From assembly GCA_010093705.1 (NCBI GenBank), contig MU006094.1, positions 172,020 through 236,019 of the forward strand: a stretch of 64,000 nucleotides of DNA. The letters are read 5' to 3'. Of the stretch, positions 12,003-25,750 are shown piece by piece. Below the pieces are notes generated by a model. That model saw only the letters and a program-made list of their open reading frames with translations, was not told the DNA's origin and did not search any database. The stretch is from Patellaria atrata CBS 101060 (taxonomy: Eukaryota). Position numbers and translations under genes: made by a program. Each line of letters opens with the position of its first letter. The stretch's first letter is position 1.

Positions 12003-15000
12003 ATGTCTGACGATAGCAATGGGTCCGGTGTGCAGGCCTTCCTGGCCACCCTCAAGCCGAGCGATGACAAGGCAATGAAGCTAGAAAATACAGAGAAACG
12101 GGATACACAGATTGCGAATGAGTATAAGGCAGAGAAGAAATGGGAAGAAAGCAGAATCTTCGAGTACAACCCACCAACGCCGGAACAACTCTCTTCAAAG
12201 GAGGTCCCTCCTGAGGGTGAGGTGGTGACAATGGCGTACCCGTATATGAATGGTAAGATTTGCCAAATTCTTGACGATACGCACGGCTGACTATATATTA
12301 GGTATTCTACATTTGGGTCACGCTTTCACGGCTAGCAAGGTCGAATTTGCCGCGGGATTCAAGAGAATGCAGGGAAAGAATATTCTATATGCCCAGGGTT
12401 ACCACTGCACTGGCATGCCCATCAAAGCATGTGCAGATAAACTCGTGCGCGAAATAGACCTATTTGGACAAAACTTCGAGCGGTGTACTTTAAAAGACCT
12501 TGTTGAGGAGGAGCTAGAAACAGCGCCCGCCCCTACGCAATCTGATACCAAAGAGGATGTTACGAAGTTTGGGTCGAATAAGAGCAAGGCAGCGGCAAAG
12601 AACATAAAGACGAAGTATCAATTCCAAATCATGTTATCGATAGGCGTACCATTAGAAGAAATTCATAAGTTTGCGGATCCTCAATACTGGCTAGAATACT
12701 TTCCTCCCAGGTGTAGAACTCACCTACAGAGATTCGGCGCAAGAATAGATTGGAGGAGGCAGTTTGTGACAACAGACGCAAATCCGTACTACGACGCATT
12801 TGTGAGATGGCAAATGAACCGCCTTAAGGAGCTAGGTAAAATCAAATTCGGGAAGCGTTACACCATATACAGTCCAAAGGACGGACAACCATGTATGGAT
12901 CACGACCGAAGCTCAGGAGAAGGCGTCGGTGTCCAGGAATATACTGCGCTTAAGCTCCTGGTAAAGGAATGGCCTGAAGCAATCCAAACTAAGATATCCA
13001 ATTCCCTTCCCGGTGATGCCAAAGTCTACTTTGTCCCGGCTACTTTACGCCCTGAGACAATGTATGGTCAGAATTGTTGTTTTGTAGGACCAAATCTCAC
13101 ATACGGTATATTCAAAGCAGCAGAAAACGAGTATTACTTCCTCAGCCCACGAAGTGCTAGGAATATGGCGTATCAGGGGCTCTTTCCGGAGTGGGGAGTT
13201 TTCCCTCAAGTTGCTGAACTGAAGGGTAAAGACGTCATTGGAACCCTCGTAAATGCACCCCTCTCAGTTCACAAGGACGGTGTTAGAATTCTACCTATGG
13301 AAACAGTGAAGGATAGTAAAGGTACTGGGGTTGTCACCTGTGTGCCTTCAGACAGCCCGGATGACTACGCGACCATTATGGATCTTACTAAGAAAGCTGA
13401 TTACTACGGAATCAAGAAAGAGTGGGCAGAGCTAGAAATCCTCCCCTTGATTGAGACACCATCATATGGAAATCTCACCGCCAAGGCACTTGTGGAGAAA
13501 TTCAAGATAAATGGACCTAAGGATACAAAGCTAGCCGAAGCGAAAGAACTTGCTTATAAAGAGGGATTCTACCAGGGAAAAATGATCTATGGCGAGTTCT
13601 CTGGACGACCAGTGTCAGAGGCAAAGAACCTTGTTAAGCAGAAACTTATTGATTCGGGAGATGCGTTCAACTACGGTGAGCCGGATGGACAAGTCATTAG
13701 TCGAAGTAGCGATGTATGCGTAGCAGGCCTCCTTGATCAGTGGTACCTCAATTACGGAAGTGACGATGCTGAGTGGCGGGATACAGTCCTCGATTGGGTG
13801 AATAATGATCTCGAGACATTTCAGCCTGAAGTAAAGCATCAGTTCCAGCAAACTATAGACTGGCTTAATCAATGGGCATGTGCTAGGACGTATGGCTTAG
13901 GTTCGCAATTACCTTGGGATCATACTTTCCTCGTCGAGAGTCTCAGCGATAGTGCTATATACCCCGCGTACTATACGATTGCGCATTATCTACATAAGGA
14001 GATGTTCGGGAAAGAACCGGGTATCCTTGGAATCAAACCCGAGCAAATGACAGATGATGTTTGGGATTTTGTCTTCGCACGAACTGATGAGAAACCGCAA
14101 ACCGATATTAGCGAAGATGCTCTACAAACACTCAGACAAAGCTTTGAGTACTATTATCCTACAACATTCCGGGCGTCTGGGAAAGATCTTATTCAGAACC
14201 ACCTTACATTCTACTTGTATGTTCATACTGCACTCTTTCCGCGGAAGTACTGGCCTAAGGCTATTCGCTGTAACGGCCATCTGCTCCTTAATGGCCTGAA
14301 AATGTCAAAGTCAACCGGCAATTTCCTTACACTCGAGCAAGCTATTGAGAAGTTCAGCGCCGATGCGACACGTGTAGCTCTAGCTGACGCTGGTGATGGC
14401 ATGGAAGACGCGAACTTTGAGGAATCTGTAGCTAATGCGGTCATCCTTAAGCTATATACACTACGCGAGTGGTGCGAGGAGATGATCCGTGACGCTCGGG
14501 TTGTCGAATCAGCTGATCAATACGCTAAGGTTATCGCCGAGGAGAAGCTCAAGAGTTATGACATAGTACAGCGGACAGGAGAGAGATTGATATGGGATGT
14601 CCTTTTCGAAAACGAAATAAACTCTTTGGTACGCGAGACGGAGAAGTCTTACACGGCGTCTTGGTATAAAGCTGCTCTGAAATCTGGCTTCTATGATTTC
14701 ACGGCTGCTCGAGACTTTTACCGAGAGGCTACAAAAGCTGCTGGGGTGGGAATGCACAAAGATGTTATTACCCGATATGTTGAGCTACAGGCCCTTATGA
14801 TCCAGGTTCCCGCACCACATTGGGCAGAGCATATCTGGTCTGAAGTCCTCAAGAAGGATACCTCATCTCAAGAGTCAAGATGGCCTTCTGTTCCGGAACC
14901 GGACGCAAAATTGACAGCGATAAGGGAATATGTCCGTACCACATCATCCAATATTACGTCCGCAGAGGGTTTGCAACAGAAGAAGCTGGCCAAAGGCAAA

Positions 15001-15465
15001 AGCACATCATATGCTGTTGATAAGGACAAGAGATTGACTATATTTGTTGCTAAGAGCTTTCCCGCCTGGCAGGATAAGCTAATTGACCTCGCTCGCGGTG
15101 CTTTGGAAGGTCTTTCTCTCGATATCAAGAAGATCGTCCCAAAGATTCCAAAACCGGAGACGAAGCGAAGCATGCCGTTTCTTCAATCTCTCAAGAAGTC
15201 ACTAGACTCTGGTGTCTCAGCTAATAATACTTTCAACCGGTCCCTTTCGTTCGACGAGCTAGAGATACTGAATCAAATGGTGCCAGGACTCAAGCAGACG
15301 GTTAGGCTATGTAAAGAAGTGATACTCGTCAGTGTTACGGATGAAGGTAAATCAGGAGTGGTGGTGGGGCAAGATGGCAAGGAGGGTGAGAGAAAGAAAG
15401 AGCTTCCTCCTCAAGCTGCGAGCGCGACTCCAGGTAGTCCAACGTTTGCATTTGAAAACATCTGA
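12003..15465 (+). CDS. CDC60: Cytoplasmic leucyl-tRNA synthetase
   Basis: YPYMNG|ILHLGH (HIGH motif split by an intron at ~12253-12301); KMSKS; CP1 editing motifs TLRPETMYGQ and GTGVVTCVPSDSPDD. Confidence 0.97.
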
Positions 15466-16431
15466 AGGCCGGTTTTGAAGATGGGAGTTGTGGTGGGATA
15501 TCTTGTGACAGTGTGGAATGGGAAAAAGAAACCATAGAATAGCATACCCAAAAAGATTAGCATTAAGGTTCACAAATTCAGATAGGGACACTGTAGCATA
15601 TATGAGCAGGGGTATAAATGTCTACTTACTGTAAGTTAAAATTACATTAGTGTAAGTCCTGCAAGTGAGAGGGCCTTTTCGTTTTACCTGTCTACTTAAT
15701 AGTTCCACACCTAATCGATGTATCTCTTTTTTGTCACTGTTGACACTCCTAAATGACTAGTGCGCGTCCTTTGTTTTTAATGCCAGACAGCCCAATGTTA
15801 AGTTTTGTCACCTCTGCCTATAGATAAAAGGTCTGTGTGTGCACGGCGTGAAGTGATTTTCTATAGTCTTGTTCATTGCATACAACGGAGTCAGGGGCCA
15901 TATCTCAACATCAACCGTACAACGAGCGAGGAGTACCACAACAACTTTAGCAGAGTCACGCTGAATATGAATTGTGCTTTCTATTAGTGGTTTTAAGTCA
16001 CGATAGTCATTCACTAGGTAATGGGTATTTCGAGGGTCTCCGGTCTTGGGTCTCTTCACCTTATGGTTTTGTCACATGATATTTCATCTCCGGGACAACG
16101 ACGCGTCCTGACATTCAACGCACTTCCAAAATTAAATCAGAAGACGTGATCCGTTTGTACCTCGTTTAAGACAGGCTGTCTATTTAATTCCACTACTGCC
16201 TCTTGACTTCTTCCACCTTCAACTGCACTCATTCCTCACAACTGCTGCTGCCCTGAAGGACTCTCTACTTCATCAACCAGAAGGTATCACCAGTAGAAGC
16301 TCGATCAATTAACATCCAAGCATTTCTCATCAAGAAAGCTTTTCATCTACCTCTAATTTCATCTCACGCTCTCCTCGAGTTCTTCGCTTCACCTCAACCT
16401 GATCTCGTACCGCGTTCTTACCAAAACAAAC

Positions 16432-18019
16432 ATGTCAGACCACGTGGAAAATATCTCCAACTTATCATGCCATGCAATCATTCATCGAGAAAGTAACGGT
16501 TCTGATGAGTGGATTGACCTAAGTTCCAATCAACTAAGTGGTAGTGCAGTTAGTGAAACCTCAGCTGAATCGTAAGTACGCTGAGTCTCACTTCACGGCC
16601 CTACTAACGAATGAAGCAGTGAGCAAGTTTCTGCCGGAAATGAATATGAAGAACAGTCCGAACTTTCGGCGTCTCAAGAGGGTCTTGCGCAGCCCGAAAG
16701 GTCCGACGAGACGCCAAATAGCCCTCCCACCATGTCCGAATCATCGGGCATCAACGAGCCCGATAGTCCTCCCACCGATCCCTATTTCACCATACCGCCA
16801 AAGCCTGCGAATAAGGCAATTCCTGGGTATGGGACAGTAGTCGAGTTCATCCCGGACTCCTGGCTTCTGGCCACGCCCCCAGCATCCGAGACCTCCCTAT
16901 TGAAAATCGGGGACGACAAGCCCTTCGAACATGAAGAAGGCGCAAGCATGTGGGCGTACAACATGAATCTCCTATCCGACCTCCGTAACAAAGAATATGC
17001 CGACATCCTGGAGCGTGGGGGATACGATTATTTCTCCAGCACGGAGAGCGCGTTCGAGTTCCGGATCCTCCTCGAGAACCAGGGCGTGCGCCGTCGCAAG
17101 CAGATCTTCGACGAGCGCATCGGCATCGTAAGTTCCCCCGTATCCTGATTTTCTGTACAGTGCTAATGTATAGTTACAGTCGTGCCCCCCGAAGTACGCT
17201 GAGCGCGCCAAAAGGCGCCATGGGGAATGGAAAGCGCTGGGCTACGACCTCAAGCCCATCCCATGGGCCCCCGACGCACATCCCACGATCCCATGGTGCC
17301 CTCTGGACGAGCAGCGCATCGCCCTGTACGCCATGAGCTCGGACTCACGCTCCGAGGGTCAGTACGCCGCCGTCACCGACGGGAAGCGTCCGGGATGGGC
17401 CTTGGAGAGTGCGGTCGCTGTGTCGGAGTGGCTGGATAGCCTCCCAGACGAGCCCCTCGACGACGAGGACGACATACAGGAATATAACGGCCCGCCTTCC
17501 TCGTGTCTCGTGGAGGACGGTAAGCAGTTTCGTTTTTTCGAAGATGTATTGCATGGGATTCGGAGAAGGGGGGGGCGGTGGGGGGGTATACAGGTCAGGT
17601 GCCCTGGTAAGGGAGTCACTGTCAGGGATGCCAAGAGGTGGCTGGCGGAAACTAGACGTGTTCTTGCTGGCGAATCTGGTTTCGGTAGAGAAGATACAGG
17701 CCTGAATTATCCCAATTTCGAATCTCATTTTCGATGGACTCCCCCTTTTTCCCCCCTTTTCCCCTATCCATACCCCTATACACCTCCCCACCAGCCTCAT
17801 GATTGAACCCCACTAACAAACCCCACAGAATCCGAAACCTACTACCCGGACACGGCTATGCGCGCCTGGTCCCCGGCGTACCGCTCCCGCCGCGTCTCGG
17901 CCCCCCTCCGGGACGAGAGCGAGGCCACGTCCAACGACGCAGCCGTGCCCGTCATGCTGCACCGCAGCGTCGGGGGTGGGTACCGAATCGCCCTCCCCGC
18001 TGGGTATCTTGATATTTAG
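16432..18019 (+). CDS. Hypothetical multi-exon protein with an acidic Ser/Pro-rich N-terminus; 3' structure uncertain
   Basis: ATG 16432 in AAAC context; canonical introns at ~16572-16619 and ~17128-17172 join the ORFs 16732-17148 and 17333-17806. The gene ends either at 17806 or in a further exon after CTAAC..CAG at ~17829 (stop at 18019). Confidence 0.5.
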
Positions 18020-18124
18020 GGGTGCTGGGTGGAGAAGTGTGGGGTCGGTGTTGTGGTTTGCTTCGGTATGGGTGTCTTTTGGTTTGGTTTTGTGTGGTTT
18101 TGTGGCTTTGGTGTGACTTTCTGG

Positions 18125-18141
18125 GTGTGTGTGTGTGTGTG
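18125..18141. repeat. (GT)n microsatellite
   Basis: About 8 GT units. Confidence 0.7.
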
Positions 18142-18695
18142 CTACGGTCATATGAGGATCTTTGTGGGCTTCTGAGGAGCTGTTTTTCTGGCTTTTTGGG
18201 GACTTGTGGGGTGTTTGTACGGTTGGCGGGATCATGGATCGCTGTCTTTAAGTTTTGAGAGTCTTTTTGATAACTCTATGGAGTTTGTACGATGGGGAAA
18301 AGTGATTTTTTGCATCTTTGGGTTGAGTTTTGCTTTGAGTAGATAGTATCGTCTTGAAACCAGACCATTTCCGCTGATATCACACTTGTATGTGCTAATT
18401 CGTCATATGTCTATTACTTGAGTCTACTGTGATGATCTGAACTACCTGATACTCCTCCATTTAGGCCATTATCATGTTGTTCTCATTGTACCGAACCCTC
18501 TTTTCGCTCCCCCCAGTTCCGTTCCGCCTTACCCTTTTTTAATATCTGCCCGTTAGATGTCCCAGAACTTCTCCCTCCAATCTCGCCCTTCCCTTACGAA
18601 TCATCCATATTCATGTCCCATACACCCTGTTTCGCCGCCAATTTCCATACTATCAGCGCCAAACATCCCTACTAGACCCTCTCCACCCCTTCCAC

Positions 18696-20447
18696 CTAAC
18701 CAAGTAATCCCCCCTCAGCCTCCCACACCATTTGTCCCGCAATCCATGTCTGCAGTACCGTGCCATCATCTCTAAGGACGACAAAGTCCGCGCGGCGTCC
18801 CTCCAACAATACCCCTCTGCCCCCATCCTCCGCATCGATCCCCATCATCTTAGCCGGTGTCTCTGTGACCGTACGAACGGCTTGTGAAAGCGTACAGCCA
18901 GTCCAAGCCTGCAGATTTCTCATACCGGTGGAGAGTGATATAGTAGAGCCGACCAAAGTCTCGTTAGACGATAAGCGTTGAGGAGAGGAGCCGGGAGGAT
19001 CGCGTGGAGGTTCTGTGCTTAGCTGGGTGTGAGCGGAGGAGGAAGGGAGGGATTTGATGAGAGTGGCTCTATCCCCGCATTTGCGTTGCCAGTGGTGGAT
19101 CTGTGCGTTGGGAGGATATGTGCCGTCGGGGAGGCCGGCGAGTTCGACGCTATCGGTGATGAGGATGCAGCGGGTGGGTGCGGTATTGTAAAAAAGGGAG
19201 ACGGTGGCGGGGTGGAGGTGTTGGCCATCGGGGATGAGAGAGAAAAATGGTGGGTGTACGGTAGACGTTGGGGGAGAGGGAGAGGGAGAGGGAGAGGGCA
19301 GGGATATTAGACCTGCGAGTCCGGGATCACGGGAGTAAAAGGGAGACATGGCGTTTAGCGTGTGCGTTAGACAGGTTGCTCCACAGCGGAGAGCGGAGAG
19401 ACCGGTGGCATACGACGCGGAAGAGTGGCCGAGAGAAACGCGGATCTTGTGAGATAAGTGATTCCAGAGGAGAGAGGTGGATTCAGGGAGCTCTGGGGCT
19501 ATGGTGGCGAGTTTTATGTTTGGTAGATTTGAAGCGCCATATATTTCGGACGGTGGGACAGAGGGGAGAGCGAAAAGTGAAGGATTGTGTGCGCCGTGTT
19601 TTGAAGGTGAAAGGTAGGGGCCTTCGACATGGGCTCCGAGGAGAGATGCGCCATGTTCGAAGGTTCGCGGAGTGAGATGGGGAAGAATCTGTTGAATGGT
19701 TTAGAAATGTAGAAGCATGATCAGGGTGCATGGATATATGAAATCTCTATTATCATGTAAGATTGTATTTAGTGTCAATTTATTAGAGGAGACTGATGAC
19801 TGATGCCGAATGATTAAAAAAAAAAAATAAGAAAACTAATAAGTGATGTACATATAGGAAAAACCATGAATCCCGGTAAAGTTGTTTCCCTATCTGTCAC
19901 GATATTCCTTACTCATTGTACGCCTGACTATATAAGAGCTTCTGGCTTGAGCTGTATAGACTGAGGTAGTGAGAGTCCAAGATAACCAGATTTCTGCCGT
20001 ACGCAACCATACGTACAGCAAGGGCACAATGACCTAATACCGGGTACTCTAATCAAAGGGGAAATATATAGGACTAAAGAGAGCTTGAGATTGATTTGAG
20101 TGATGAAATACCTTCTGGTAATCTTCAGCAGACACAGTGGGTATGGTCACCCAAAACCCAGTAACTCCTTGAGTGGCATAGTATCTCGCAGTTTCTCCGA
20201 GCTTTTGTGCATACTGCTCTTCGTTCTCGAAGTTAGTGAAATGGAAGCCATTGACTCCGTTGGTTTGAAGTTCCAAGAAGCCGGGAGCAATGATGCATCC
20301 TTCAAGATCGACAATCTCGCCGCCTATATAGCCTGTTCTCTTTAAGATGGTTCCTGTTTCTTCAGAAATCACCAGATGGTCCTCAACAACTTCCCCATTG
20401 AGACAATAGCTACAATTTGTGAACGTAGTAAACCAGCCAGCGGGCAT
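18696..20447 (-). CDS. N-acetylglucosamine-6-phosphate deacetylase (NagA/Dac1-type amidohydrolase), 2 exons
   Basis: Exon 1 PGFLELQTNG. After the intron 19689-20111 the frame reads LLGAHVEGPY..GAH..TIAPE..VSLGHS..THTLNAM..DGQHLHP..LITDS..TLVGS..TPAKMMG..GRRADFVVL. Confidence 0.9.
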
Positions 20448-21187
20448 GATGACACGATCGTGGAAGATAGCAGGAGAAGGTCAAGCGAGCAGTACGAAGT
20501 CAGGAACAGTTGTCAAATGATGCTCACGTCCAGGCCAGTAGGTCTATCGTGAGGTTACAACATTTATTTAGCCGTAAATAGGGGATTAAAAAGAGTGAAT
20601 ATGGCGATAGAGTGTGGATGATGTTAAGGTAAAAGGTGGGAGTAGGAAGGTCATGATTCCCACAGGGATGGCTCGGACGCTTGTGAGAGCTTGCTTATGT
20701 TGTAGATCAGCCGAATATCTAGATCCCATCGTCCCAGGGATCTGTATACACAAATCTTAGGCATGAAATCCTTCGTATCTCTCTCGCGTTGAGATATAAG
20801 TTGAGTTATTAGATTGAGATGAAGAAAGATAGGTCACCGAAGGTATAAAAGAGATTTACTCAACACCTTAGGTAGTCCTAGTGTATTGATAGCGTGAAGC
20901 CAGTCCAACTTGGTTGCAAGTTCCATGCAGAGGTGACGTAGTACTACTGCTTTCCGCGTTGAAGCCACAGCAATCCATTTCCAGCTTGATCAACATCACC
21001 AATTCCCTGCTTTAATACACCAGAACCCAATACGCGGAAGATTCCACTCTCTTATTCCCCTCAATTCTTCCTTCATCCTCTTCTCTCTCACAGATAACTC
21101 TTCAACTTCCTCCTCTGAGCCGGCAAGAGTGAGCTTCTATACCAATTTCCCATCCTCTCACCCCTACCTGCCGCGCAATCTTTCATC

Positions 21188-24100
21188 ATGGAACAGCAAC
21201 ACAAACCCGGTCATTATTCCGGAGCCAATCCGGTACCAACGGTAAAGAAATTCATAGAAAATCTCGACAAGGATAAGAGACATAGAGATGAAGAAATTGA
21301 TCGTGCAGAACGGGAGAGTAAGCTTGGAGGAACTGAAGTTCGACCCCACAAACCTACGAAGGCTGGTGTCGAAGGTACGCGGAAGAAGGTTACCGATCCC
21401 ACAACTGGGAAGCAGGTCGTTATCGAGGATGTCAACAAGGAGATGATCAAGCAGGTCGAAAATCCAACGGTTAGCAATTCTTCCCCTAAGCATTTTGAAA
21501 GGTGTATTTTAAACACATCATAGCTCTCCATACCGAACGTAAACCTTGGTAAAAATACGACCGTCAAAACGGACCCCTCACAGACGAGCAACGAATATAA
21601 ACACAACCAAGATATCACAGCTCCCCCAGATCCAGTTGCTGAAGGCTCTACCTCTGATGTTCCCATTCATGGAGAGAAGACCAACGTCCTATTCCACCCT
21701 ACCCCCTCCGTGAGCTATGAACCAACTTTTAAGTCTTTGGAAAAGCAAGCTGGAGTTGTATGCATTGGCTTATTCATTGCTATTGTCGTTCTTGGAAAGA
21801 TGTTTGGTGGTGCTCTGAAAGGACTTATTCCCCTGGGCATGTGCATCTCATCAGGTGTTTGGCTCTGGATGAAGGAGGTCGTTCGAAGTGGACGAGAGGT
21901 TGAATGGGACAGTGAGAAGACCAGAGGGATGACAGTAAGCACCGAATATCACAATCTAGTTCAATGTTTTTTTTTTAACATTCCAATCAGGCAACAGCAA
22001 ATCTCCTACCAGAATCAGTAGAGTGGATGAACACTTTCCTCGGCATTGTCTGGGGTTTAGTGAATCCCGACATGTTCCAAGGGGTTGCAGATACTCTGGA
22101 AGATGTCATGCAAGCTTCCGTACCAGGGGTTATCGAGCATGTCCGCGTTGCAGAGATCAACCAAGGGAGCAACCCAATCAGAATTCTCAGCTTACGTGCC
22201 CTGCCGGATGACCAAATGAAAGAAATGAAGAAAACTATTCACGAGGAGAACAAGAAGACGAAGGATCCTCAGGAAGCTGCCGCAGACGAAGAAGGTGGTG
22301 ATTTCTATAATCTGGAAGTCTCATTTGCATATCATGCTTTACCTTCCGGAAAACGTGCGACAGCCTCCGATAAAGCCAGGAATATGCACATGCAGCTCGT
22401 TTTCTACTTGGGTATTAAAGGGTTCTTTGGTGTGCCGCTTCCCATTTTCGTCGAGCTCCAAAGTCTCGTCGGCACTGTTCGATTACGATTGAACATGACC
22501 CCCGAGCCACCATTCTTAAAAAACCTAACATTTACACTTATGGGGCTTCCTCAAGTAAGCGCCGGATGTATTCCTATGGTTGAGAAAGGTGTCAACATCC
22601 TCAACCTCCCTCTGATCTCGAACTTCGTTAATTATGCTATTGGGGCTGCCGCAAGTATGTATGTTGCTCCAAAGTCGATGTCTATTGATATGAGGGCAAT
22701 CCTCCAGGGTGACGATATTACCAAGGATGTCCAAGCACTCGGTGTTATGTGGATCCGCATTCATCGTGCAGTCGGTCTCAGCAGGCAAGACAAGCGTGGC
22801 AGTGATCATGGAGGCAGCGACCCATATATCACATTGTCATTCTCGAAATATGGGAAACCAATGTATTGCACTCGTGTCATCACAGATGATCTGAACCCGA
22901 TCTGGGAGGAGACTTGCGCACTTTTGGTTACTCCAGAACTGATTAAAGCAGACGAAAACCTCAGTGTTGAACTTTGGGACTCTGATCGTCATAGTGCAGA
23001 TGATATTGTCGGCAAGATCGAGTTGTCTATGCAGAAGATGATCCAACATCCCGGAAAGATGTACCCCCAGGTCTCCAAATTGGCGGGTATGGACGCTGAT
23101 AGTTCGATGCCTGGAGAACTTCACTGGGAGGTTGGCTACTTTGGTAAGCCTCAATTCAGACCCGCTCTTCGAACCGATGGCAAGAACAAAGCTCTTCCCG
23201 ATGCTCTCAAAGATAAACCAGAGTTTCAGGATGAGAAAGGTGTTACGAACACTGAAGCCGACGACGCTGTTCAGCACACTCCACCGGATCCACTCTGGCC
23301 TAGTGGTATTTGCAGCGTTATTGTTCACCAAATTGTTAATCTTGAACTTGAAAATGTCAAAGGTAGCAATGGTAACCGCAAAGGCAGAGAGTATGAGCCT
23401 GCTAAACCATACGGTGAGAATACCGAGGAACAAGGGAAAAATCTACCTACAAGCTACTGTACCGTCCTATTGAATGACGAGCTGGTTTATCGTACCCGTT
23501 CCAAGGCTGTCAGCAGCCAACCTATCTTTAATGCCGGTACCGAACGCTTCGTTCGTGACTGGAGATCCGCCATCGTCACCGTCACAGTCCGCGATCAACG
23601 CAACAGGGAACATGACCCTATCCTCGGCGTCGTCCCCCTCAAACTCTCAGACATTCTTGAAACCAGCTCCCAGGTAACTCGCTGGTACCCTCTTGACGGC
23701 GGTATCGGCTTCGGCCGCATCCGCATCTCCCTTCTCTTCCGCAGCATCGAAACCCGACTACCGCCTAACCTTCTTGGCTGGGATGTCGGCACCTTTGAGT
23801 TCGTTTCCGAGCGCATCATTGCGACCGGCTACCCACATGCCGCCAAACTCAAACTCCGCACCGGCGGTAGCACGGGTAAGATTGACCGCCGCACGGGCAA
23901 GAAGCTCGACGAGGGTGATGGATATGGGTGGGATCTTAAAGGAGACGAGCAGAAAAATGCGATGCGCTTACCTGTTAAGTATCGTTATAGGAGCCCGGTG
24001 GTGTTTGAGTTTCATGTGTCAGGGAAGAGGAAGGCAGATGCGTACGCCGTTGTTTGGCTGCAGCATTTGATCGATAATGAGGAGACGGGGATCAATATTC

Positions 24101-24987
24101 CAATTTGGCAAACGAGTTCACCGGCGAGGTTGACGCAGAATTATATCACGGAGCAGAATTGGAAGAGCGAGCCCGGCCTCGAGGACCTGAAAGAGGTTGG
24201 ACGACTGCAGTTCAGAGCCAGATTCAAAGCAGGCATGGACGAGAGCCACGAGCGCTTCATCACGGATAACGATACCCGCGAAACGTACGAGACGTGGGAA
24301 GCCTGTCTCGCAGAAGGCGTCCGCACCCGCAAAGTCGAAAAAGAACTCCCAGAGCAGATCCAAGAGTTGCACGAAGCCTCCCTCACCGAAGGCCGCGACG
24401 TCCTCAAAGATGCTTCCGAAGAGGAAAAGCGAAAATGGTTGTCTAAGAACGGGATGGATTGGTCCGGCGCATTTGGCCACGACCCGAAAGCGTACCTTGA
24501 CACCAAGGGCCGCAAGAAACGCGAACCGGGCGTCGACGAGCCGTTGCATGATCCGCATCACCCTTCCGATGACAGCGATAACGACGATGAAGATGCTACC
24601 TCTGACTCCTCCTCCGACCTCGGGATCCAGGACGCGGATACGGCCGGCAACGCGCAGAACATGGACGGCGAGAAGCAGGGCTCTAGAACCGGCGATGACG
24701 GTGGTCCTGCCGCAAATGGCGGGTCTGGGGATAAGGCCGAACAGAAGGAGGGGAATAAGCAGAATAAGCGCACCGAGGAACGCAAGCATAGGGGGCTCAT
24801 GCAGTGGAAACCGGCTCGCAATGCGAAGTTTGCGAAGGATGAGGGATTGTTGGGGCTGAGGAAGTTGAAGGGGAAGATCACGGGTGGATTGCATGGGAGA
24901 CAGCCTGGTGTTGAGACTGGTGAGTGCTATCGTTGTTGGTATTTTGTGGACGTGATGCTGATATTTTTCGCAGAGACGGGGTCGTAA
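21188..24987 (+). CDS. Mug190-like SMP/C2-domain (tricalbin-like) membrane protein
   Basis: HYSGANPVPTVKKF N-terminus; TM hairpin; NLLPESVEWMN; C2 domains (SDPYITLSFSKYGKP, VELWDSDR, DHDPILGVVPL-like). Introns at ~21470-21523, ~21935-21990 and ~24920-24972. Confidence 0.85.
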
Positions 24988-25750
24988 TGTGTTGGCATTT
25001 TACATTGTGGGTGGAGAGAGGTTTGGCTATTATTATTATGAACGGTGACCGGTATGATAATGGCGGAGGGGGTAAGTTAGGGGGACGCATCCCACCCCAA
25101 AGAAAAACTACGAGATATCCATAATTCACGAAGCATGACGGGGGAACGGGAGGTTTCTTTTTTGCTTCTCAAATTTCAGGTAAAATTTCCTCACGAACCA
25201 CACCCTTTCTTGTAAAAACAAACTAATACCGTAAGAAAACTTGGCAAGGTAATGCACGAAAAAGAAAATGTAGATAATCTTTTTTTTCTTTAACATAATA
25301 CCCGTTACACTCCTCTACTTCTTTTTCGCATTTCGTGAGATTTATACTGGAAAACAGAAACCATCGTGATTTTAGCATTCGTAAACTGTCTCCTTCCGAG
25401 AGGGTGCCCATTTCGCAACTGCTTGAGATACATGATAACCCCTGTGCCGCAAACATGACGTGCAAACATTTTTCGTCGATGCCGTAAACTGATGGGAAAG
25501 GGAAGGACGCCGGTATGGAAGTGAAGAAAGTTGGGGCACCAGCCCAGTGCATGCATCCATCTGAGAGACAAAGGAAAAGGAACGGGGAAAAGGGGATGCT
25601 GAGGAGGCCGCCGCCGTGCCCGGGGTATACATGCAATGATGCTGATGGACGAACTGCACGCAATCTAAAACAGAAAGAAAAAAGAGCCCACAGAGGGATG
25701 GATGAAAGAGGTGATTACAAGAAAAAGTGGGAAAACACTGACCCCAGGGA

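Noticed and set aside
12003..15465. LeuRS as a divergent self-resistance copy
   Set aside because: The catalytic and editing motifs are intact and the neighbours are housekeeping genes. Small differences cannot be judged without an alignment.
15553..15579. AAGATTAGCAT..CAAATTC resembling U6
   Set aside because: The ACAGAGA box and internal stem-loop are missing, and it lies in the LeuRS 3' region.
19349..20049. Apparent split or pseudogenised nagA suggested by the ORF track
   Set aside because: Manual translation shows an open frame from 19688 to 18696 joined by one GT-AG intron.
24118..24894. Long antisense and alternate-frame ORFs over GC-rich genes (also in TRP5, GYP5, MRPL24)
   Set aside because: Expected shadows of high third-position GC, with no independent coding signal.
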